Assembly (NCBI GenBank): GCA_947573485.1
Contig: CANPGB010000006.1
Location: 50,585 to 114,584 of the forward strand
DNA: 64,000 bases
Direction: 5' to 3'
DNA from: an uncultured Porphyromonadaceae bacterium
GTDB taxonomy: Bacteria; Bacteroidota; Bacteroidia; Bacteroidales; Muribaculaceae
Shown here: piece after piece, positions 45,972-52,506 of the stretch
Layout of the letters: each line of letters opens with the position of its first letter
How positions within the stretch are numbered: the stretch's first letter is position 1
Notes under the pieces: model-generated
Database searches by the model: none
What the model was told of the DNA's origin: nothing
What the model saw: the letters and a program-made list of their open reading frames with translations, nothing else
Program-made: the position numbers and the translations under genes

Positions 45972-45979
45972 CAAATATA
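45972..45979 (-). promoter_or_regulatory. -7 promoter box (TATATTTG on minus strand) for the 1373-aa gene operon
   Basis: Plus-strand CAAATATA, 68 nt upstream of the ATG at 45904 and 30 nt downstream of the feoB stop. Confidence 0.5.
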
Positions 45980-46008
45980 CACTTTTATTATCAAACATGC
46001 AACTTCTC

Positions 46009-48555
46009 TCAGCAGAGCAAGGCAATGCGGTAAACCGCAAAGGCTGCCAGCCAGGCCACAATAGTATTGTAAACCACGCTGAAGGCAGCATAGTGCCACG
46101 AGTGTGTCTCACGCGCGATAGCCGTGATAGTGGCCAGGCAGGGGCAGTAGAGCAGGACGAACACCAGGAAGCTCAGAGCTACCGCGGGAGTGAAATCGGG
46201 GCGCCCGGTGGCGGGGTCGGCAGCAGATATTCTTTCGCCGAGACGCTCGTCGGTGGTGGCCTCATCGTCGGTGTAGAGTACGCCGAGAGTCGATACAACA
46301 ATCTCTTTGGCAGGCACGCCTGCGAGAGCTGCCACCGATGCGCGCCACTCGAAGCCGAGAGGCTTGAGCAGAGGGTTGATAGCCTTGCCCATCATCTCGA
46401 GGTAGGAATCATGCTCGGGGTCGATTACCGATGTGTCGGTAATGTGCGAGTCAGCACCCTTGGCATCATGATTGGGGAAATAGTTGAGAGCCCATACCAC
46501 AATGCTGGCAAAGAGTATTATACCGCCCATTTTCTTCAGATACTCGCGCCCTTTGGCCCAGGTGTGGCGCACCGATGCCTTGAGGGTGGGGAGGCGGTAA
46601 GGCGGAAGTTCCATAACGAACGGAGTCTCGTCTTTATGGAAAAAGAAGCGGCGCAGCAGGCGCGCTGTAATCACGGCTATCAGTATGCCTCCGAAGTACA
46701 TGCAGGCGAGAACGAGTCCGGCGTGGGCGGCGAAGAAGGTACCGATAAGCAGCACGAAAACCGGCAGGCGTGCCGAGCACGACATGAAGGGGTTGATTAG
46801 TATGGTGATTATGCGGCTCGAACGGCTCTCGATGGCACGCGATGCAATAATGGCAGGCACGTTGCAGCCGAAGCCCATGACGAGAGGGATAAACGACTTG
46901 CCGTGAAGCCCTATGCGGTGCATTACCTTATCCATAATGAAGGCGGCGCGTGCCATATAACCCGAGTCCTCCATAAAAGATATACAGAAGTATAATATGA
47001 GGATGTTGGGCAGGAAAACTATGACACCTCCCACACCTCCTATTATGCCGTCGGTCACGAGGTCTTTGAGCGGTCCGTCGGGCATGAGTTCGTTGCAGGT
47101 GTCGCTAAGCCAGCTCACGCCGTTCTCTATCCACTCCATAGGATACTGGCCGACAACGAAAGTCGCCCAGAAAATAAAGAACATTATAACAAAGAAAATC
47201 GGGAAGCCGAGGAGCTTGTTCGTGGCGAGCGAATCAAGCACGCGTGTGGTGCGTCGCTCCTGCTTTTTACCTACGGTGAGGGTTTCGGCAAGTGCGCCGG
47301 CCACGAAACCGTATTTATGCGCGGCAACTATCGACGAAATCTCTTCGTTGCGCATGCCTTCGATGCGTCCGCGCAGCGTGTCGCGCAGAATTATGACTTC
47401 GCTGCCGGGGGTGCGGGGCACATGGCTGCGCCACGTTTCATGTTCGGGGGCTGCTGTCGGAGTCTCACAGCAGCTCTTGTGCAGAAAGTGCCGGCTGAAG
47501 AAATTGCGGCGCCGCTTAGGGCGCGCAGGCTTGGCTTCGCGGGCAGGGTTCTCGATGTTGCCTTGCTCTTCGCTGGCAGGCACCTCGTCTTCCATTTCAT
47601 GGTCGCCCTCAAGGAGTTTGATTGCCATATATCGGGGCGAGAAATGCTTGCTGGTGGCCGGACTGGCCTTGAGTTTATCAACTATCTGGCGCACAGCCTC
47701 CTCGATGTCGGCACCGAGGTTCACGTGTATGTGGCGCACAACATCGTCGTGCCCCTCATATACCGAAATCACCGTGTCGAAGAGGTCGTTGATACCCTCG
47801 CCGGTCTTGGAGACTACAGGTACCATAGGCACGCCAATCATTTTGCCGAGAGTGTCGTAGTCGAGCACATCGCCCTTGGCACGCAGTTCGTCGTACATGT
47901 TCAGGGCTATGACCATGCTTGTGTCCATGTCGATGAGCTCGGTGGTTAGATAGAGGTTGCGCTGCAGGTTCGACGAATCGACCACATTGATAATGACATC
48001 GGGGGTGTGCTCCCGCAGATACTGCCTTACGTAGAGCTCTTCGGGCGAGTAGCAGGTGAGCGAATACGTGCCAGGCAGGTCGACAATATTGAAGCGGTAG
48101 CCTTTGTACCGGAAATAACCGTCTTTGGCATCGACAGTCACGCCCGAATAATTGCCGACGTGCTCGCGCGCTCCCGAAGCGATATTGAAGAGCGACGTCT
48201 TGCCGCAGTTGGGGTTGCCAATGAGAGCTATGTTGATAGTATGTCGTTCGTGGTTGAAACGGCGGCGCTCCTCAGTGTTCTCAGGCAGGGAGGCTTCCGA
48301 TGCATGGGCTACCTCCGGAATAGATGCGGGGTCTACCTCAATGACCTCGATAAGCGACGCTTCTGACGCGCGTAGCGACACCTCATAACCTAATACGGAA
48401 TATTTTATAGGGTCGCGCAAAGGAGCATGGAGCACGACAGTAACGGTGTGCCCTTTGACAAAACCCATTTCAAGTAGACGCTTGCGGAATGCGCCGTGGC
48501 CATGTACCTTGACAACAATGCCCGACTGGCCTGTGTGAAGCTCCGATAGTTTCAT
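46009..48555 (-). CDS. feoB: ferrous iron transporter, FeoA-FeoB fusion
   Basis: N-terminal FeoA SH3-like domain (LSELHTGQSGIVVKVHG...GFVKGHTVTV), G domain (GNPNCGKTSLFN, DLPGTYS, NMYD) and a polytopic gate domain. Fusion is typical of Bacteroidales. Start set at MKLSEL (48555). Confidence 0.9.
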   Translation of the reverse strand: MKLSELHTGQSGIVVKVHGHGAFRKRLLEMGFVKGHTVTVVLHAPLRDPIKYSVLGYEVSLRASEASLIEVIEVDPASIPEVAHASEASLPENTEERRRFNHERHTINIALIGNPNCGKTSLFNIASGAREHVGNYSGVTVDAKDGYFRYKGYRFNIVDLPGTYSLTCYSPEELYVRQYLREHTPDVIINVVDSSNLQRNLYLTTELIDMDTSMVIALNMYDELRAKGDVLDYDTLGKMIGVPMVPVVSKTGEGINDLFDTVISVYEGHDDVVRHIHVNLGADIEEAVRQIVDKLKASPATSKHFSPRYMAIKLLEGDHEMEDEVPASEEQGNIENPAREAKPARPKRRRNFFSRHFLHKSCCETPTAAPEHETWRSHVPRTPGSEVIILRDTLRGRIEGMRNEEISSIVAAHKYGFVAGALAETLTVGKKQERRTTRVLDSLATNKLLGFPIFFVIMFFIFWATFVVGQYPMEWIENGVSWLSDTCNELMPDGPLKDLVTDGIIGGVGGVIVFLPNILILYFCISFMEDSGYMARAAFIMDKVMHRIGLHGKSFIPLVMGFGCNVPAIIASRAIESRSSRIITILINPFMSCSARLPVFVLLIGTFFAAHAGLVLACMYFGGILIAVITARLLRRFFFHKDETPFVMELPPYRLPTLKASVRHTWAKGREYLKKMGGIILFASIVVWALNYFPNHDAKGADSHITDTSVIDPEHDSYLEMMGKAINPLLKPLGFEWRASVAALAGVPAKEIVVSTLGVLYTDDEATTDERLGERISAADPATGRPDFTPAVALSFLVFVLLYCPCLATITAIARETHSWHYAAFSVVYNTIVAWLAAFAVYRIALLC

Positions 48556-48607
48556 TGGCTGTATTTTAGGCTGCAAAGTTCGCAATTTCTTGCGGTACGA
48601 CCAAATA

Positions 48608-48626
48608 ATTTAAAAGAATTTTAAAT
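48608..48626. promoter_or_regulatory. 19-bp AT-rich perfect palindrome upstream of feoAB (candidate metalloregulator operator)
   Basis: ATTTAAAA-gaa-TTTTAAAT (8-3-8), 53-71 nt upstream of the feoAB ATG. Confidence 0.4.
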
Positions 48627-48634
48627 AAGGACCT

Positions 48635-48652
48635 CTTTTGAACCTTTTGAAC
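48635..48652. repeat. tandem direct repeat CTTTTGAAC x2
   Basis: Two exact adjacent 9-mers at 48635-48643 and 48644-48652. Confidence 0.6.
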
Positions 48653-48743
48653 CCGCGTATGTTTTTAATTATACGAAACGGCATTTTTCTGGCTTCATTA
48701 AAAAAGCCCGACTGTTGAATGACAAGCAGCCAGTTTCCAATGT

Positions 48744-48777
48744 CCCGCGACCATACCCCTATGGCGCGGGCTTTTTT
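48744..48777 (+). terminator. plus-strand rho-independent terminator with no annotated plus-strand gene upstream
   Basis: Stem CCCGCGACCATA / TATGGCGCGGG (one bulged A), loop CCCC, followed by CTTTTTT. Confidence 0.5.
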
Positions 48778-48805
48778 ATGTGCTTGCAACTCAAGGCTAT
48801 GATAA

Positions 48806-48838
48806 AGGCGCCCGAGCCTCAATGAAGCCCGGGCGCCT
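48806..48838 (-). terminator. hairpin downstream of fimbrillin gene
   Basis: 9-bp perfect stem AGGCGCCCG / CGGGCGCCT, followed on the minus strand by TTTATCAT. Starts 20 nt after the stop at 48858. Confidence 0.45.
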
Positions 48839-48857
48839 TTGGTTTTGTGCAGGGTTA

Positions 48858-49946
48858 TTATTCGTAGGTTGTGCTTACATCGACATAAGTGTCAACGGTA
48901 GGATTACCGAACTCGATGGCTCCCATTTCCTCGTTGGAGTTGATAACGAGGTTATACACATAGTGGTAGCCGGGATGCCACTCCGAGAACGAACTTGTTG
49001 AGAGCGGGAATTTGAGAAGACCGTCGCCGAAGGTACTGCCTTCAACGATATTCTCAGCGGGAGTATTGGCGTTAGGCCACAGCTTGTCGCCGGTCTTGGC
49101 ATCGTACACCGAGCACATCACGGTGATATACATATCGTTGCCACTGCCGTTGCTGCGGTATGTGAGCTGCTGGGGCAGTGTATATTTGGCTCCGCCAAGG
49201 CCGAGACCAGTAGAGCCCATATCGGTGGCTGTGGTAGTCAGGGTTATAAGGTCGTTGGCATCCTGCGACATGTGGTAGATATATGGCACGGGGGTATTTT
49301 GGTCGGTCCAGGTACCTATATTGCTTGCAGTTGGGCTGCCGGAAGTCGATTCGGTGGGGAAGTGGAAGTTGCCTTTGGTCATGATATTGGCCATTGCCAC
49401 GTTCGATACCTTCACCTGGAGGTCGGCGTTTGAAGAGCTCATCTTGATAGTCACCTTTGAGAGTGCGTGTCTGAAATTGAACACAACCTGGGCGTTGGCC
49501 ATGCCGGTGTTGCCACGGAGGTCGGGGCTCACGGCATAGATTATATCTTCTGTGCCGGGATATGCGTCATAGGCCACCGGCTGCAGAGGGGTAGCCGTTC
49601 CGAGCCATTTGGACGGAGCGAAAGCGTAGAAGTCCACAGCCTGGCTTGCAGGCCAGTATTTCACAGGCGAGTACGTCCATGTGTTTGTGCCGGTCTTGGT
49701 AACCTCCACATTATCCATGAAGAGGACAGGGGCTTCGTCGGTGCCGGTGTAGGCGTACACGTTGAAGGAGCGCAGAGTGTTGGTTGTTATATCGCCTGCA
49801 CGTGAGTACTCGGTGTTGGCGGCAAAGCGTATGGTGTTGTCGTCGATAGTCGAGCCCGGGGTATCTTCTTCGGTATCGGTACATGAGAAGAGCGGAAGAC
49901 CGCCAAGGGTGGCGACCGCAATTGCGAGTAATTGGATTTTGCTCAT
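48858..49946 (-). CDS. fimbrillin family lipoprotein (Mfa/FimA-like stalk subunit)
   Basis: Lipobox LPLFSC, then ...IRFAANTEYSRAGDITTNTLRSFNVYAYTG..., typical of Bacteroidales type V pilins. Third gene after DUF3575 and DUF5119. Confidence 0.7.
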   Translation of the reverse strand: MSKIQLLAIAVATLGGLPLFSCTDTEEDTPGSTIDDNTIRFAANTEYSRAGDITTNTLRSFNVYAYTGTDEAPVLFMDNVEVTKTGTNTWTYSPVKYWPASQAVDFYAFAPSKWLGTATPLQPVAYDAYPGTEDIIYAVSPDLRGNTGMANAQVVFNFRHALSKVTIKMSSSNADLQVKVSNVAMANIMTKGNFHFPTESTSGSPTASNIGTWTDQNTPVPYIYHMSQDANDLITLTTTATDMGSTGLGLGGAKYTLPQQLTYRSNGSGNDMYITVMCSVYDAKTGDKLWPNANTPAENIVEGSTFGDGLLKFPLSTSSFSEWHPGYHYVYNLVINSNEEMGAIEFGNPTVDTYVDVSTTYE

Positions 49947-49965
49947 TGTCTATACTTGTTTTTGA

Positions 49966-50904
49966 TTAAAAATTAATATTCTCATCATAGTTGATCTCTA
50001 TCACCTGCCAGCCGTCGACATCCACATTTATGCCGACATCTTCGTCGGAAGGAGGCACCGTCCCTGAGGGTATCGAGAGGCTGTCAATATAAATTGTAAC
50101 GTTGTGGCTATAGCGAGAGTTTATCACCTGGCCGGTGACATCGAAAGTTTTGGAAAAACGTTCGCCGTCGGAGCGCGTGACAATCAGCGCAAGCTCAAAA
50201 TCGGGCTCCGAAGTGGACCCAAGTCCCGATGTGGTGCCTCTGAGACCGCCTTGGCCGGTAAGGGAGAGCGATGTCTGTGTGGCACACATATCAGCGCCGG
50301 CCTTGCAATCTCCGAGATACAGTTCCGAAGCCATGCCCGACAGACGGGCCGTGGCCGACCGCATCCGCTCCAGGCCGTCAACCCGCCCCACAATTATATT
50401 ATATATTGTAGCGGCGCTGTCGGGATAGCAGCGCACCAGCTCGTAGGGGCACTCTTTAATTGTGCCGTCGGGCTGCCGGTAACGCACTCCGCAGAGCGTC
50501 TGTTCAATTTCTCCAACCACAGCGCGGTACAACATCCCTGTGGGGAATACCGTCGAACCATTGGATTTAGGTTGCGCCGCGAGTGTGGCAAAAGCATCCT
50601 GTCCGCTGTACACAGTGCCCGGCAAATCGTTGTTTACCGACACCAGGGCATAGCGGCCGAGCGGCAGCTCCACCTCTCCGCCCTCAGCTCCTGCAATATC
50701 GTAGCGCCATACCTTGCCACCGCTCTGGAGAGGGTAGAAGTACAGAGTCATGCCGGCAGGAGAGGCTTGCGGCGCCTTATCCCAAATAAAAGTAACGGTG
50801 AGAGGGTAGGGCTCGGTGCCGGGGCACATGATATCCTTGTGTGTGCACGAGAGCATGCACACCATTAGAATCAGCACTGCAATGTATGCCCACAGAGACC
50901 TCAT
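49966..50904 (-). CDS. DUF5119-like fimbrial accessory lipoprotein
   Basis: Start set at MRSLWAYIAVLILMVCMLSC (lipobox). This position and size match the second gene of Mfa-like loci. ATGA overlap with the upstream gene. Confidence 0.55.
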   Translation of the reverse strand: MRSLWAYIAVLILMVCMLSCTHKDIMCPGTEPYPLTVTFIWDKAPQASPAGMTLYFYPLQSGGKVWRYDIAGAEGGEVELPLGRYALVSVNNDLPGTVYSGQDAFATLAAQPKSNGSTVFPTGMLYRAVVGEIEQTLCGVRYRQPDGTIKECPYELVRCYPDSAATIYNIIVGRVDGLERMRSATARLSGMASELYLGDCKAGADMCATQTSLSLTGQGGLRGTTSGLGSTSEPDFELALIVTRSDGERFSKTFDVTGQVINSRYSHNVTIYIDSLSIPSGTVPPSDEDVGINVDVDGWQVIEINYDENINF

Positions 50905-51548
50905 AATGTGCGCAGGGGACTGTTGTGCCGCCCCGAGCCCGGGAACCACACGAGTGAAACTTCTATAGCGGTAGGACCAACGTACCGGTGTGCCACACGA
51001 CCGGTGCAGACATAGGTGCCGCATTGCGGTTCATACTCCACCATTTTGCCTGCGACATAGCCGAGCCTCAACCCGAAGTCGAGATTGAGACGCTCGTTCA
51101 GAGGGAGTGAATAACCATAGGCTATACCAAGCCCGTAGACAGGCTTTACCGATTGCCACCCCTTGCCACCAAGCTCAAAATCAAAAGAATGGACTGAAAA
51201 ATAAACGCCTGCATGATGCCCTGCCATGGCGCGCAGGCCGTGTTTGTTCCCGAACCACCAACGCAACTCGCCGGAGCCACCGTATATGCGCCAGAAGCGG
51301 TTGCGGCTGCTCTTGCTCCACCAGGCCCATAACCCCTGCCCGACAACCGAGAAACGCTGGCCAATGCCAAGTTCGAGGCCAAGGTCGGGCGTAAGAGCCG
51401 CATCATGCAGAAGATTCGTGCGTACGGCAAGCACCGGACGGCAGTCATCACAACTCTCGCACTCCTGCCCGTTAGCGGCAAGGGCGCAAAACAAAAGTAG
51501 TGCTACCGCTGCAATGTGTATTAGTGATGAATATGCCGATTTAATCAT
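50901..51548 (-). CDS. DUF3575-like outer-membrane beta-barrel protein (first gene of type V pilus locus)
   Basis: Signal peptide, then ...LAVRTNLLHDAALTPDLGLELGIG... and a Gly/Tyr-rich strand pattern characteristic of DUF3575. Confidence 0.65.
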   Translation of the reverse strand: MIKSAYSSLIHIAAVALLLFCALAANGQECESCDDCRPVLAVRTNLLHDAALTPDLGLELGIGQRFSVVGQGLWAWWSKSSRNRFWRIYGGSGELRWWFGNKHGLRAMAGHHAGVYFSVHSFDFELGGKGWQSVKPVYGLGIAYGYSLPLNERLNLDFGLRLGYVAGKMVEYEPQCGTYVCTGRVAHRYVGPTAIEVSLVWFPGSGRHNSPLRTL

Positions 51549-51551
51549 GTA

Positions 51552-51583
51552 GTGCGGGTAATATGCCTTTATAACACCCGCAC
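51552..51583 (-). other. hairpin immediately upstream of the fimbrial operon start
   Basis: 8-bp stem GTGCGGGT / ACCCGCAC, 16-nt loop, no T-run. Lies between the DKNYY-gene stop (51616) and the DUF3575 ATG (51548). Confidence 0.3.
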
Positions 51584-51615
51584 AACGGCGCTTGTTCTAC
51601 GCTCGCACTTCCAGG

Positions 51616-52288
51616 CTATTTATTTGCCCCATATTTCGACTTAAGATATTCTTGAAGCGCAGGAGAATCCTTACCGGAATAAATGCGGTTACGGTCGAAA
51701 ACGGTCCACCCGGCGGGGTGAGGAAATTCTACTATTTCAAAAGATTCCACATCAGCCCCTTCTATCAAAGAGTCTCTCCAAAAGACATTTTTTGAATCTT
51801 TGCCAAAGGTGCGGCTTAATGATCTATTGTTAGGCGTAATTTCAGAGATGGGGCGGAACGATCTTACGTCCACGCCTTTAAGCGGTCGGGTATAATTCCA
51901 TACATGCTCCTTGTCTTTGCACCAGATAGAAGAGATTACTTCAAAAGAATGCACATCGGCGCCGGGTAAAATATTCAAAAGCATGTCATAAATATTTTTG
52001 CCGTCTGAATACCAGTACATATCTATTTTTGTAAGGTCTGCGAACCGTTTTATTTGGGTCGCTTTCGCTTCATAATATACCCTGTCCTTATCTTCGCCTA
52101 TGAAATAGTCCATTTCTTTGAATGTGGCAGGGTCGGCGCCCGCAACTATCGAATCTTCAAAATATACATGATTTTTATCTATTGCATATCTGTCGCCCGT
52201 TATTGGTATAACCTAATACGCAGCCGGTCAACAACAGGCTTAGCAAAAAACAAATTATAACGGTGCAGGACGAGGTTTTTTTACTCAT
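51616..52288 (-). pseudogene. DKNYY-repeat lipoprotein gene interrupted by a 1-nt frameshift
   Basis: A 37-codon ORF (52288-52175) encodes the lipoprotein signal MSKKTSSCTVIICFLLSLLLTGC...GYTNNG. The main frame (open from 52212) continues ...GDRYAIDKNHVYFEDSIVAGADPATFKEMDYFIGEDKDRVYY. The two frames join if one C of CCC 52196-52198 is removed. Confidence 0.7.
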
Positions 52289-52315
52289 GTTATTATAGTG
52301 CTTTTGTCGTTGTCG

Positions 52316-52323
52316 CGAAGTTA
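52316..52323 (-). promoter_or_regulatory. variant -7 box (TAACTTCG) for the DKNYY gene
   Basis: Plus-strand CGAAGTTA, 28 nt upstream of the ATG at 52288. Confidence 0.4.
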
Positions 52324-52444
52324 GGCATTTTTACCGGAACGGTGATACCTTTTATGTTTATATTTACTCAAATCCTTTCAGGAGTGCGCCTGATTCCCTC
52401 ACCACTATTAGTGATTTTACTTAATTATATTAAAGAAAGGACGA

Positions 52445-52456
52445 GCGAGGCCTCGC
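52445..52456. promoter_or_regulatory. 12-bp perfect palindrome GCGAGGCCTCGC upstream of the TBDR promoter
   Basis: Self-complementary 12-mer ending 18 nt upstream of the -7 box, in the -33 region. Confidence 0.35.
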
Positions 52457-52470
52457 CGAACGTGAAATAA

Positions 52471-52484
52471 TTAGTAATTTTGCA
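52471..52484 (+). promoter_or_regulatory. consensus promoter 14-mer TTAGTAATTTTGCA for the TBDR cluster
   Basis: Contains TAATTTTG (52475-52482). Exact copy of the ftsY and trpS promoter 14-mers. The next in-frame start (GTG 52507) is 25 nt downstream. Confidence 0.6.
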
Positions 52485-52506
52485 TGTTAAACCTGTCAGA
52501 CAACAA

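Noticed and set aside
48610-48822. 70-aa minus-strand ORF in the feoAB-fimbrillin intergenic region.
   Set aside because: It spans two terminator hairpins and the AT-rich palindrome, has no promoter box or plausible fold, and its basic composition reflects AT-rich non-coding DNA.
52289-52479. Coding-strand switch (minus to plus) as a replication origin or terminus marker.
   Set aside because: No DnaA-box clusters, dnaA/dnaN or dif-like context are visible. A single divergent promoter region is a sufficient explanation.
52480-52482. TTG start codon proposed by the ORF track for the TonB-receptor N-terminal ORF.
   Set aside because: It lies inside the TAATTTTG -7 box itself, so it would not be transcribed. 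The in-frame GTG at 52507 gives a normal signal peptide (NRHILTSIILLAGVIRLDA).
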